From Abditibacterium sp. (lineage in GTDB: Bacteria > Armatimonadota > Abditibacteriia > Abditibacteriales > Abditibacteriaceae): DNA of 64,000 bases. Positions 8,708 to 18,648 of the stretch are shown piece by piece. A program made the translations under genes and the position numbers. The notes under the pieces were generated by a model. That model was not told the DNA's origin, did no database searches, and saw nothing but the letters and a program-made list of their open reading frames with translations. Position 1 is the first letter of the stretch. The number at the start of each line of letters is the position of its first letter. The stretch is from assembly GCA_965199495.1 (NCBI GenBank), contig CBDASK010000002.1, positions 1-64,000 on the forward strand, given 5' to 3'.

Positions 8708-9573
8708 ACGATGATATTCAAAGGTTTCACGACTTAATGGGCGACGACGACGAAGAGCCTGTCGCGCCTGTTGTGCGCAAGCACTACGCGGGAATTGACC
8801 CGACGCCACTTTCCATTCCGGCGCCCAACGGACTCGACTTGCCCTCGTCCAATCCCGTCCAGTGGAAGCAGTTCGAGCAGCAGTGGGGCTACTTGCCCTA
8901 CCAGACTCCCCTTGAAGAGTATCTCTGCAACACCTATGCTCTCAACGAGCGCACCCTGCGCTACCGGTGGGAAGGCATTGGCATTACGCAGGAACCGGGA
9001 CAGATGCCGGTCAATGAATATGCGCGCATGATCGGCTCTATTTTCTACGGGCCAAAAGAGTTGGATTACAAAGCGGAGCGCGCGCGGGTGCAGTCAGCAC
9101 GGGCGCGGCAGATGGACTTGCCTGATTACATGAGCCAGGAAGAAATCGAAACGAACCGCAAAATCCAAATCAATGCTACCCTTGAGCAGATGCGCGACAT
9201 TGAGGACAAGCTCGCCAAAGGCTACGAAATCGTAGTGGAAGCCTACTACGAACCGGCCAAAGGTATGGACTACAAAGAGATGCTCCGCCCTCTGAGTTCC
9301 CTTGGCCGCTCCCGATTGCAAATCAGCCATCAGAAATACCACGCGACCTATTTGGAGCTTACCAACCAGTCCGGCAAGAATCACACGCTGACTCACGAAG
9401 TTGGCGAGAGCTTCTCGATCCGTGATAAACTGGCGGCGACGATGAAGGAAATGAACCATCCATTTCAGGGCGGTTATAGCATCGAAGAGCTTCATGAAGC
9501 ACGAAAAACACCGGAACTACCGGAAGTTGAAGGAGAAGTGATTGACCATGAGCCAGACACAAACCGAGATTAA
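8704..9573 (+). CDS. hypothetical protein, possible terminase small subunit
   Basis: Position upstream of TerL only; no diagnostic motif. Confidence 0.4.
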   Translation: MNDDIQRFHDLMGDDDEEPVAPVVRKHYAGIDPTPLSIPAPNGLDLPSSNPVQWKQFEQQWGYLPYQTPLEEYLCNTYALNERTLRYRWEGIGITQEPGQMPVNEYARMIGSIFYGPKELDYKAERARVQSARARQMDLPDYMSQEEIETNRKIQINATLEQMRDIEDKLAKGYEIVVEAYYEPAKGMDYKEMLRPLSSLGRSRLQISHQKYHATYLELTNQSGKNHTLTHEVGESFSIRDKLAATMKEMNHPFQGGYSIEELHEARKTPELPEVEGEVIDHEPDTNRD

Positions 9574-10369
9574 ATTGAAGACATGCCCTTTTTGCGGCTC
9601 AGACAAAATTGATGCCGAATTTTCACAGGGCAGGAGTCCCGATGGAATTGCGACCTTTTACGCAGGATGCTGGGACTGCGATGGCTGTGGCCCTGAATCC
9701 TCAGATAGGCAGCAAGCATCAATGAGATGGAATGTTCGATTTGCGGAAGTCGGAGGGGAATCATCGAATATGAGCCAAGCACAACCATCTAATTTACTCT
9801 CGGCGTCCGACCAAATCGAAGACGACGGCCTCGAAGATTTTTACGACGCAGAAATGGAAGAAGCCGATTGGGAGTTGTCGGAATATCTACCATCGTCCAA
9901 GCTCTCGTTCCAAGTCACCGACCGTGAATCGGCGGATTGGGTCGTCGGCAAGATGCTCGATTTGGATGCGCGCGAGACTCGTTTGAAAGCGGGCTATGAA
10001 GCGGCCAAGCGCGAGATTGAACGGGAGCGCGCCTTCTTCGAGCGGCGCTTTGGCGACGGGCTTCGTAATGTGGCCCTGCGCGAAATCGCGGCAAACGGCG
10101 GACGCAAGAAGTCGCTGAACTTGCTCAATGGGACAGTCGGCTTTCGAGTTTCGCCGGAGAAGATTGAAGTCGGCGACGAAGAAAAGGCAAAGGCGTGGGC
10201 CAAGGATAACGCGCTCGATGCCATCTCCATCAAAGTCACCGAATCGCTCATCAAAAAAGAGTTGCTTGTGGCGATGAAGAAACGTGGCGAAGTTCCCGAT
10301 GGTTGCGAATATGTTGAGCCTACGCAGAAGTTTTATGTCTCTGCGCCAAAGGAGAAATCAGATGGATAA
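9548..10369 (+). CDS. Lar-like zinc-finger domain in frame with a Mu Gam-like host-nuclease inhibitor (second ATG at 9770)
   Basis: CPFCG...CWDC...WN in the N-part; ADWVVGK, KKSLNLLNGTVGFR, GEVPDG in the C-part. Confidence 0.7.
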   Translation: MSQTQTEIKLKTCPFCGSDKIDAEFSQGRSPDGIATFYAGCWDCDGCGPESSDRQQASMRWNVRFAEVGGESSNMSQAQPSNLLSASDQIEDDGLEDFYDAEMEEADWELSEYLPSSKLSFQVTDRESADWVVGKMLDLDARETRLKAGYEAAKREIERERAFFERRFGDGLRNVALREIAANGGRKKSLNLLNGTVGFRVSPEKIEVGDEEKAKAWAKDNALDAISIKVTESLIKKELLVAMKKRGEVPDGCEYVEPTQKFYVSAPKEKSDG

Positions 10370-10634
10370 ATTGAAAAATTACGCCGTGTCTTACCTTGCC
10401 ACGATAGAAATAGATGGCAAGGTTGACATTGGGCATCAAGCTGGTGTAGTCAACGCGGAAAGTTACGATGAAGCATCATCCATCGCTTTGGAACGATGCA
10501 AAATTCGCTTCCCCAAATCTAAGGGATGGCAACATTGGAGCGTCTCTTGTGAGGATTTTTACGTGAGACAACTTTCGATTGCTTGTAGTCACGTTGATGA
10601 ACAACGGGATGCGAATAAGGTCATTCCAGTATGA
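10362..10634 (+). CDS. hypothetical protein
   Basis: AAGGAG RBS. Confidence 0.6.
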   Translation: MDKLKNYAVSYLATIEIDGKVDIGHQAGVVNAESYDEASSIALERCKIRFPKSKGWQHWSVSCEDFYVRQLSIACSHVDEQRDANKVIPV

Positions 10635-10643
10635 GATGAAATA

Positions 10644-10681
10644 AAACACGCCGACCCTGAGCCAAAGGGCGGCGTGTTTTG
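10644..10681 (+). terminator. intrinsic terminator
   Basis: aaaacacgccg/cggcgtgtttt stem. Confidence 0.65.
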
Positions 10682-10740
10682 ATGTTCCGCGTGGCTGCGG
10701 GCACCTTCAATTCTACCATAAAAGTGGATGGTGTCCAACT

Positions 10741-12453
10741 ATGTCTCAAACCGGTGCCTTGACAACTGTTCTGGCGCGCGAAATGGAGAACGCGGAGATG
10801 CGCTGGGTTTTCCTTAAAACCTACGTCGAACCGCTTATCAAAATCGCGTCCAACGATGATACCGCGATGGGCTTTCTGCCCAATCACGAGTTTTTGATTC
10901 GCACGCCCGCGACTGCCATTGCCGTCGTCAAGTGTCGCAAGGTGGCGCACTCTTGGGGCATCTCGGCGAAGTGTTACGCACGCGCGGCGACGGAGCCTCG
11001 TTCAACTTCGATTATCGTTTCCTACGACGAAGACGAAGCGCGCGAAAAGCTCAACTTCCTCGACTGGATTCACCAGGCCGTCACCGACCACAATCCGTCG
11101 CTGTTGCGCGAACTGCGCATGAGCGATGGCAGCGAGATTCGCACCCTTGCCAATGGCGCGCGCATTCGCTTTCTGGCGCGCAAAGAACCGACTGGCCCCG
11201 GCGCTTCGGTGGAGATGGACGAGTTCTCGGTTGAACCACCGGGTCGCGTTTCTGCGGCTCGAATGCTGATTGGCGCTTTGGGTTGCACAACGCACACCGG
11301 CTCGGTTTCCATCGGCGGCACCCAGCGCGGCGAAGAAACGCTCTTCAACCAAATCGTTTCGGGCAATATCGGGAAGCGCATGAGGGACGACCCGGCGATG
11401 GAAGGCAAGTTCAAGGGCCGCGTGGCGCGCACTTGGACGGTCGGCCATTTCCCATGGTGGACTTCGCCCGCGCTTTGCACCAAACCACTCGCGGCGGGCA
11501 ACGGCGCACCTTTGGGCAAGATGTGGCACGGCGGCGCATGGGACATGGAAACCGAGGAACGGGTGGATCGCTTTGCCAACGACAAGCTGTTCGACAAGTT
11601 CATCGAATACACTTCGACGCCGGAACTTGGCCTCGAACTGTTTCAACGCGAGTTCGAGATGCGGATTCTGGACGACAAAGAATCCTATTTCGAGGACGAA
11701 TTGTTGAACTACGCCGAAGACGTGGCAAAACGCCAGCTTGAGCATGGCGGCTACTATTTCAAGAGCATCAACATTGACGGCAACCGCTACGATGATTTCG
11801 GCGACTGCTTGCGTCCGGCTAAAGCCCTGATCGAGCAATTGGTGATGAAGTTTCCGCCCGGTAGCGCGCGCGGCGAGTTCGGATGGGCAATGGACGTGGG
11901 CGCCGACCGCGACCCTGACGAAATTTGGATTGGCCATACCGACCCGCGTGACAAAACGCTGCTGTTGCCGCGTCTCAACATCTCGATGCGCAAGATGCCG
12001 TTCGCGGGCAAAGAAGAAATTTGTCACTTCTTGGTTCAAAAGGTGCGCCCGATGCGCGGCGCCATTGATGCGACCAAAGGCTCGATGGGAATGTCGCTGG
12101 GACAGATGATGGAGAAACGCTACGGCCAGCGAGCGGCGCAGGTGCAATTTACTTCGCTCACCAAAACCGATATGGCGGTGGGCATGAAAAGCCGTATGGA
12201 AGCGGGCAAGTTGGCGCTACCGGACTACAAAACATTGCGTGCACAAATCAAGCGCGTCAAGCGCGAGGAAAAAGGCAACACGGTGAGATTCGATGCTGCG
12301 CGCAACGCGACCGATCACGCCGACAAGTTTTGGAGTTTGGCGATGTTGTGCGAACTGTTTTCGCAACCGGCGAGATTCCAGCCGCGTCCGCCAGTGGCGA
12401 TGCGCCAGAACCGCGCAACTTCTCGCAATGGTTCGTCTGTTGCCCGAAGGTAG
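10741..12453 (+). CDS. terminase large subunit (Mu gp28-like)
   Basis: Walker B VEMDEF, FQREFE, nuclease AMDVG, IDATKGSMG, HADKFWSLA; upstream of the portal. Confidence 0.85.
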   Translation: MSQTGALTTVLAREMENAEMRWVFLKTYVEPLIKIASNDDTAMGFLPNHEFLIRTPATAIAVVKCRKVAHSWGISAKCYARAATEPRSTSIIVSYDEDEAREKLNFLDWIHQAVTDHNPSLLRELRMSDGSEIRTLANGARIRFLARKEPTGPGASVEMDEFSVEPPGRVSAARMLIGALGCTTHTGSVSIGGTQRGEETLFNQIVSGNIGKRMRDDPAMEGKFKGRVARTWTVGHFPWWTSPALCTKPLAAGNGAPLGKMWHGGAWDMETEERVDRFANDKLFDKFIEYTSTPELGLELFQREFEMRILDDKESYFEDELLNYAEDVAKRQLEHGGYYFKSINIDGNRYDDFGDCLRPAKALIEQLVMKFPPGSARGEFGWAMDVGADRDPDEIWIGHTDPRDKTLLLPRLNISMRKMPFAGKEEICHFLVQKVRPMRGAIDATKGSMGMSLGQMMEKRYGQRAAQVQFTSLTKTDMAVGMKSRMEAGKLALPDYKTLRAQIKRVKREEKGNTVRFDAARNATDHADKFWSLAMLCELFSQPARFQPRPPVAMRQNRATSRNGSSVARR

Positions 12454-12469
12454 TAAAATAGGATGCGAT

Positions 12470-12697
12470 ATGAATAACGAAATTAATGATGGATTCAGAC
12501 CGTGCCCGTTTTGCGGATCGACCGATGTTAGGTCGAGTTTTTCCCACTGGTCGGGATTTTATGGCGCTCCCAACTACGCGGCATATTGCTCTGATTGCGG
12601 CGTGCGCGGTGCATATGTGAGGACGGGAGACGAAGCGGCGAAAAAGTGGAATGAGCGCGCGATGGCCCCTTTCGTAGAAGAAGGCGGTAAAATCTAA
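12470..12697 (+). CDS. Lar-family restriction-alleviation-like protein
   Basis: RPCPFCGS...CSDCG...AAKKWNER. Confidence 0.75.
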   Translation: MNNEINDGFRPCPFCGSTDVRSSFSHWSGFYGAPNYAAYCSDCGVRGAYVRTGDEAAKKWNERAMAPFVEEGGKI

Positions 12698-12702
12698 TTC
12701 GT

Positions 12703-14298
12703 ATGGCTCGACCAACTCTTCCTCGCAATGATGGCGATGGCGAAATCAAAAGCGATTCGCCCGATGTTCCGTCCGCCGATCCCAAGCGTCGCATTCCGCT
12801 CTATCCCGTCACGGTGCAACTGGGGCAGTCGTTTTCGTTCGCCGGGATTTTCGACACTGGCCTGTTTCCCTCGCGCCATCAGAGCGGCTGGGATGAAGGT
12901 TGGGTCGGCTTGGAAACGCGGCTTGCTATGAGTCGCCATCCCAAGGTTTATCAGGGCATCAATAACCTCAAGAACGCCATCGTCGGCGACGGCGGGCGCT
13001 GGATTCCGGCGATCAATCCCTACGGGCCGGACAAAGAGTTTTTTGCCGAAGCCGCCAAATACAGCCGCTTTCTCGACGCCGCGTGGCGCCAGATGAACGG
13101 CTCGTTTTTTGTTGCCACACGGCAGATGCTTTCCTGTATCGAAAACGGCAATAAGATCGCCGCGCCAACGGTGCGCGAGCAACAGACCGGCGTTTACAAA
13201 GGAAAATGGATGCTCGACCGCTTGCAAGTCTGGCCCAACCAATGTTACGCGCTGGGCTGCGACCAATACGGCGAGTTCGACCGCGTGACAACGCGCGGCG
13301 GCATGGGCTTAGGCATTCCCGAAAAGGAACAGCAAACTTACCCACGCGAAAGGTTTCATCATTTGGCGTGGCGCCCGATTAACGGCAATCCCTACGGCAC
13401 CACTATCTATTCGGCGGTTTACGATCCGTTCTTGGAAGATGTTCAGGCGCAATACGAAAACGCAGCTTACATGGCTACATGGGGCAGACCAAGCGTAATC
13501 ATCTTTTCCTCGCCGCCCAAAGACGGAGAAATTGAGGACGTGATGCCGCTCGTTATGGCAAGCGGAACGCCGATCATGGAAGACGACCCCGATAATCCCG
13601 GCGAAATGAAGCAACGCATGGGCTATGCGACCGAACAGAACGCGATCATGTTCACCGAGTTTCAGGCCGGTTCGATTTGGAGTTTGGAAGGCGGCTCAAT
13701 TGTGCAAGTGGCCGAAGCGCGTTCGGGTGGCAACGAACTGTTTCGCGACACCCGCAAAGAAGCGCGCGGCGCGATTATGGACGCCATCTACGGAACGCGT
13801 CACGCGACCGAAGGCGATAAATCCCCAACGGCGGCGGGCGCCGAACTGACCGAAGGCATCGCTGGTTTGAACGTGACCGAAGGTAAAGCAATTTTGGAGC
13901 AGTCGGAAGAGACCGGTATCGGGCGAATGCTATTGGCGCTGAACTTTGGCGACAAGGCGCTTGACCTGATGCCGATGCGCGATTACGGTTCGGGTCAGAG
14001 CGGGCGCCTCGCCAAGATTATGAACGCGACAGTGAGCTTTGCTTCAAACGGTAGCATGACGCGCGCGCAATACTGGGACTTCTGCGCCACCAATGGCCTA
14101 CCACTTTATTGGCCGGGAGACGAGCCTGTGATCTTTTCGTTGCGGCGAATGAGCTTGGAACTGAGTTCAAAATTGGGCATGAAGGAAGCCAAGGAAATGG
14201 GCGGAGAGAATCCGGGTGGCGGCGACAAAGGTTCCAATGACCCCAACTCCGGCTCCGACGATGGCAAGCCCAACCCGAATCAGGACGGTGCGAATTGA
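12703..14298 (+). CDS. portal protein (DUF935-like)
   Basis: 531 aa after TerL; GNPYG and WGRP motifs. Confidence 0.75.
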   Translation: MARPTLPRNDGDGEIKSDSPDVPSADPKRRIPLYPVTVQLGQSFSFAGIFDTGLFPSRHQSGWDEGWVGLETRLAMSRHPKVYQGINNLKNAIVGDGGRWIPAINPYGPDKEFFAEAAKYSRFLDAAWRQMNGSFFVATRQMLSCIENGNKIAAPTVREQQTGVYKGKWMLDRLQVWPNQCYALGCDQYGEFDRVTTRGGMGLGIPEKEQQTYPRERFHHLAWRPINGNPYGTTIYSAVYDPFLEDVQAQYENAAYMATWGRPSVIIFSSPPKDGEIEDVMPLVMASGTPIMEDDPDNPGEMKQRMGYATEQNAIMFTEFQAGSIWSLEGGSIVQVAEARSGGNELFRDTRKEARGAIMDAIYGTRHATEGDKSPTAAGAELTEGIAGLNVTEGKAILEQSEETGIGRMLLALNFGDKALDLMPMRDYGSGQSGRLAKIMNATVSFASNGSMTRAQYWDFCATNGLPLYWPGDEPVIFSLRRMSLELSSKLGMKEAKEMGGENPGGGDKGSNDPNSGSDDGKPNPNQDGAN

Positions 14299-14504
14299 GC
14301 AAGCCATTGACTTCTGCGCCAGTAAGCGATAAAATCGAATGCGACTGCCATTCGCGCGAACTAAACTTTCTGCTTCGCCTTCAAGGTCAGTTGAACGCTG
14401 CTGCCCAAAATGGCGGCACCAATCATCTGGCGCTGGCGATGCGAATGCTGGGATTGCGAATCCAAGAATACAGGAAAAACCAAAATGTCAAAAACCAAAG
14501 CTGA
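14295..14504 (+). CDS. hypothetical protein
   Basis: TTGA overlap with the portal stop. Confidence 0.45.
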   Translation: MSKPLTSAPVSDKIECDCHSRELNFLLRLQGQLNAAAQNGGTNHLALAMRMLGLRIQEYRKNQNVKNQS

Positions 14505-14847
14505 AATTAAATCCGAACTCGAAGGCATCATCGCCGAACTTTCCGCCAATCTCGAAAGCGAAAGGAATCAGGTCGATTACCTTCAAACTCACGTCGTCGC
14601 CAAGGTGGAGTTGGACGAACAACTCGTTTCTTCCGAGAAGTCCATCAACAAGCTGCGCGACCTCACCGATTCGATTGACGGCTCGACGCCAGTTGAAGCC
14701 AAGGCAGAAGTCGCTGCTCTCGATGGCGAGCCGGAAATTCAGACAGAAGAGAAGTTTGCCGAAGGTGATGGCATCGTCAAGACCCCGGTTGAGGGCGATA
14801 GCAACGTCATTACTGCCTCGGAAAAACCGCCCTCGAAAAAGAAATAG
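14485..14847 (+). CDS. acidic hypothetical protein
   Basis: RBS-like AGGA; codon usage like the head genes. Confidence 0.6.
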   Translation: MSKTKAEIKSELEGIIAELSANLESERNQVDYLQTHVVAKVELDEQLVSSEKSINKLRDLTDSIDGSTPVEAKAEVAALDGEPEIQTEEKFAEGDGIVKTPVEGDSNVITASEKPPSKKK

Positions 14848-14876
14848 TTGCGCACTTTGACGAAACGCGGTATGAT
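14848..14876 (+). promoter_or_regulatory. sigma70-like promoter for the ncRNA cassette
   Basis: TTGCGC-17bp-TATGAT. Confidence 0.55.
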
Positions 14877-14987
14877 TTGATACGTTGTGTTTCGTTGTTT
14901 TCATGTTTGGGGTGCCGATTTCATTCTGGTTGGAATCGGAGCTTTGTCGCTTAGTTGACGACAAGCCAGAGAGAGTTACTGGCAAAT

Positions 14988-15056
14988 TCACGAGTGGCCA
15001 AGTGGTAAGGCACCGGTTCGCGACCGTATTCGCAGGTTCGATTCCTGCCTTGTGAG
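14988..15056 (+). tRNA. tRNA-like gene, Gln-type scaffold with an aberrant anticodon arm
   Basis: Acceptor TCACGAG/CTTGTGA, D-arm GCCAAGTGGTAAGGC, T-arm GCAGG-TTCGATT-CCTGC; anticodon arm CCGGT-TCGCG-ACCG is short; no encoded CCA. Confidence 0.7.
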
Positions 15057-15067
15057 TTGTAAATGTC

Positions 15068-15170
15068 CCTACTCTCCGAAACTGCGCTACGGGATTACCC
15101 GTGATTGCGATACGCTGTTTCGAGGTGTCGCCGTTTTGCTAACGGAACTGAGCTTCGATAGGAGAATAGG
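15068..15170 (+). ncRNA. candidate structured RNA (four-way junction)
   Basis: cctactctcc/ggagaatagg closing stem around three hairpins. Confidence 0.4.
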
Positions 15171-15225
15171 TCGCTGTCCTGAGTAAGATACCCAACTGCT
15201 CTACTAACAATTTGTTGCCGCGCTT

Positions 15226-15290
15226 AAAACGCCGCTTTGTGTCATTCACGCTTTTGAAGTGTTGAGTGATTACAGAGCGGCGTTTTTTTG
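15226..15290 (+). terminator. long hairpin / intrinsic terminator
   Basis: aaaacgccgctttgt...acagagcggcgtttt followed by a T-run. Confidence 0.7.
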
Positions 15291-15299
15291 TTTTTCCTG

Positions 15300-16823
15300 A
15301 TGCAAAATTTGCCACTGCTCGATTTTGGGCGCCCGTATTACATCACGCCGCACGCGGCGCGGTTTTACATCGGCGTCTATCAGAAGGTGTTGCAAGCCAA
15401 AGCGGAAGGGCGCGACATTCGGCAGATTGACAACTCGGAAGGCGGCGAAGGCGTTATGCCCAAAGCCGTTGAAGGTCGGCGGGGCGAGCATTTGCCCAGA
15501 GGCGAAGATTCCTACGGATACGAGCGAAGTTATGATTGGACGTTTCGGGAAGGCGTGGCGACGATTGATTTCGCTGGGCCTGTGGTGAAGCGTTCGACTT
15601 ATCTTTCGTCCATGTCGGGCATGGCGTCAACGGCGAGCTTGTCGGTTCAAATCGGCGAGGCCATTGAACATCTCGACGTTTCGAGTGTGATTATCTGCTT
15701 CGATTCTCCCGGTGGCGAGTCGGGCGGATTGCCGGAAGTTGCGGCGCGCATTCGAGACCTGTCTCTGTCGTCGGGAAAATCCATCGTCGGCTATGTGGAT
15801 AATATGTGTGCTTCGGCGGCGTATTTTCTGGCGAGTGCGTGCAGCGAAATTGTAGTTGCGCCCAACGCGCTTGTTGGCAGCATCGGCAGCGTTTACGCGT
15901 TCTATGACGACAAAGAAGCTCTGGCGATGGAAGGGCTGAAAGAGATCGTCATTCGTAACGTCCAATCGCCCAAAAAGTATCTCGACCCGGCGAGCGATGA
16001 AGGCCAACAGGAGATGCAGCGTTTGGCAACTGAAAGCGCGCAAATCTTCGGTGAGGCCGTCGCCAAATACCGCGATGTGGACATTGAAACCGTGTGGAAA
16101 GATTTCGGTCAAGGCTCTGTTTTGACCGGACAAAGCGCGGTGGACGTTGGCATGGTGGATCGGCTGGGCGATTACGAAACCTTAGTTTCTCAACTGAGCG
16201 CGGAAAACTCCGTCTCAGTAGAAAATAATTCTGACGGCGCGGGCTTGTTCTCGATGCCGTCGCAAGGAGCAAATATGGCTACACCTCAATTAAACGAAGA
16301 ACAGGCTAAACACGGCTTTTTGTCGTGGCTGGGACTTTCGCCCGCTCAAGCGGCAACACCGGTTGAAATCGCGCCCAACGCAACGGCACAACTTCAAATG
16401 CCGAACAATGCGTCTCTGCAAGCGGAAATTGAATCTTTGAAGGCGCAACTCGCCGACAAGGAAACCAACGCGGCCAAAAGCGCCGCGCGCGATTTGAAGC
16501 TGGCTTCGCTCGAAGCGACAATCAAATCGAAGTTTCCGCCCGCAGCGCAGGAATCATGGCTCAACATGGCGAAGAACTCCCTCGACAACGACGCGGCTCT
16601 CGCTCACATGGAGGCGGTGCTGAAAGACACGCCCGCTTCGACGTGGACGGAGCAGCCCAAGCTCGCCGATGGCGGCGGCGTGTTCGTCAACCCTGAAGAG
16701 AAATCGGGCAACTCTTCGCAAAAAGAACAAGCCGACAAAGCGGGCAAAGCTATCGTCAACGGCAAAGATGGCGAAACGGTTGATCGCTCGCTTTACTCGG
16801 CGTTGCCCATCGGCGTTGGCTAA
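15300..16823 (+). CDS. S49-family prohead protease with scaffold-like C-terminus
   Basis: DSPGG, MCASAAYFLAS, VGSIGS motifs. Confidence 0.9.
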   Translation: MQNLPLLDFGRPYYITPHAARFYIGVYQKVLQAKAEGRDIRQIDNSEGGEGVMPKAVEGRRGEHLPRGEDSYGYERSYDWTFREGVATIDFAGPVVKRSTYLSSMSGMASTASLSVQIGEAIEHLDVSSVIICFDSPGGESGGLPEVAARIRDLSLSSGKSIVGYVDNMCASAAYFLASACSEIVVAPNALVGSIGSVYAFYDDKEALAMEGLKEIVIRNVQSPKKYLDPASDEGQQEMQRLATESAQIFGEAVAKYRDVDIETVWKDFGQGSVLTGQSAVDVGMVDRLGDYETLVSQLSAENSVSVENNSDGAGLFSMPSQGANMATPQLNEEQAKHGFLSWLGLSPAQAATPVEIAPNATAQLQMPNNASLQAEIESLKAQLADKETNAAKSAARDLKLASLEATIKSKFPPAAQESWLNMAKNSLDNDAALAHMEAVLKDTPASTWTEQPKLADGGGVFVNPEEKSGNSSQKEQADKAGKAIVNGKDGETVDRSLYSALPIGVG

Positions 16824-16872
16824 ACATTTTCTGGCGGTGAAACGCCTTTGACCTCACCGGGAGACAAAAACT

Positions 16873-17358
16873 ATGACAGGACTTATTCCTCCGCCCGAAA
16901 AAATCGCGGGCAACACTCGCCTGACTGCGGACGGTTATCCGAACTGGATGGATGGCGGCGTGACTATCGCGTGGGAACTGATTCCCGCCGTCACGATAGA
17001 CACCACCTTGCCCGATGGCACCCTCATTCGTGCGGGCCACCAATACATTGATATGGGCGCCGTGATGGTGAAAGTCACTGGCGGCGGCGTGGCTTCGGCC
17101 ATCGGCAAATACGCGCCCTACGATTCGACTCAGACCGATGGGCGCCAGACGCTTACGCGCGGCGATGTCGGCTTGATGGACGACGTGATGATTAAACATC
17201 GTGCGGGCATCTACAATTTGGTGGTGGACACCAATATCACCGGTCTCATCATCGGCGGCTTGCTGTGGCGCCAGCGCATTAAAGTCGGCGGCACCAACCA
17301 AGCGACGTTGGCGAACTTACTGGTGGCCATGCCGCTCATCGAACTGACCCGCGAATAG
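16873..17358 (+). CDS. head decoration protein
   Basis: Between protease and capsid; GKYAPYDSTQTDGRQT motif. Confidence 0.7.
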   Translation: MTGLIPPPEKIAGNTRLTADGYPNWMDGGVTIAWELIPAVTIDTTLPDGTLIRAGHQYIDMGAVMVKVTGGGVASAIGKYAPYDSTQTDGRQTLTRGDVGLMDDVMIKHRAGIYNLVVDTNITGLIIGGLLWRQRIKVGGTNQATLANLLVAMPLIELTRE

Positions 17359-17395
17359 TCGCGCGTTCCCGACCACCCTCACAAGGATTTTAATT

Positions 17396-18622
17396 ATGGC
17401 TTTTCAACAGCTTTCCATCCTCTCTCCGCCCGTCGTGACGCGCGTTATGCAGGAAACGCAGGACACTTTGACGCTCCCGATGCCGCTCAAATGGTATGCG
17501 CGCGCCAATATGCCAAACGTCACCGATAACGAGATGACGATGAAGGAGCGCAGCTACATCTTCGCTGCCGACATTATCGCGGCGGATTCCAAGGCGCGCA
17601 TTCGTGGCGCCGACGAGGTTTCGTTTGCGCAGTTCGGATCGGACAAAATCAAGCATGGCTACGCCCTGAGCGAAGAAATGCTGAAACTTCTGCGTCGATT
17701 GCAGGGCGGCAACGCGCTCGATAACGAGTATCTCGGCTTCCAAAGCTATCTCAAACGCAAGGCGATGGAACTCGAAATCGGTGCCGAACAGCGCGTCGAG
17801 ACGATGATCAACGCCATGTTGGTGGACGGTTACACCTACGACCGCATGGGCATCAAAATCACCGGCACCTTCGGAATGCCCGCCGATTTGAAGTTCAACG
17901 TCGTGGAACCCTGGCGTAACGCCGATGGCACCATCAACGTGAACGCCAAGCCGATCACCGACATCATCAACTGTTTGATGTATGCCCTGCGTCACTACGG
18001 CGAGGCTTACAATCGCCTAACATTCACCTTTGCGGCGCTGCAAGCGATGGTGGGCACGACGGAGTTTAAGGAAACCTTCAAGGGCGAGGGTTTCAAGTAT
18101 CAGCAAACTTCGGACGCCGCTACCAACGCGCGCGCCGCCTCGCCGACCTTTTACTTGAGTTTCATTGCGGACTTCATTTCGGATGCCATTCGCACTCAGA
18201 GCGGCATGAACAGTAACGGCGTTAGCAATCAGGGTCGTCAAGTTCAAATCGAAATCAACGAGGGTCAATACCGCGAATACTCGCCGACCAACAACCCGCT
18301 CGCCAACGGCTTCACGCCCTTCCATCCCGGCGAGGGCACCGTTATCTTCACCAACACCGAGGACGACAACTCCTCGACCGGTTGGGACGTGGGTAACGGC
18401 GAATGTATCGAAGGATTGATGGCTTCGATGGGCGGTTCGAGCGTTATCGACGCGGGCGCTTTTGCTCAGATGGGCACGGCTTACGGGCCGCTCGGCTACT
18501 GCACGCAAGCTGATGTTCACCTCAACCCGGCTGGCATTGCCATGTGGAACGTGCGTTGGGCCGCGCCGCGCAAGCACCGTGACACCTGTTCGGCCAAGCT
18601 GACCGCTTACGTGCGCAATTAA
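17396..18622 (+). CDS. major capsid protein (lambda gpE-like)
   Basis: 408 aa, gene order, biased codon usage, KPITDI motif. Confidence 0.75.
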   Translation: MAFQQLSILSPPVVTRVMQETQDTLTLPMPLKWYARANMPNVTDNEMTMKERSYIFAADIIAADSKARIRGADEVSFAQFGSDKIKHGYALSEEMLKLLRRLQGGNALDNEYLGFQSYLKRKAMELEIGAEQRVETMINAMLVDGYTYDRMGIKITGTFGMPADLKFNVVEPWRNADGTINVNAKPITDIINCLMYALRHYGEAYNRLTFTFAALQAMVGTTEFKETFKGEGFKYQQTSDAATNARAASPTFYLSFIADFISDAIRTQSGMNSNGVSNQGRQVQIEINEGQYREYSPTNNPLANGFTPFHPGEGTVIFTNTEDDNSSTGWDVGNGECIEGLMASMGGSSVIDAGAFAQMGTAYGPLGYCTQADVHLNPAGIAMWNVRWAAPRKHRDTCSAKLTAYVRN

Positions 18623-18648
18623 TCGCCTTCGGGCAAGGAACTCAATTT

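Noticed and set aside
11002..12147. 381-aa antisense ORF and other long shadow ORFs
   Set aside because: They mirror GC-rich coding strands and carry no recognisable motifs
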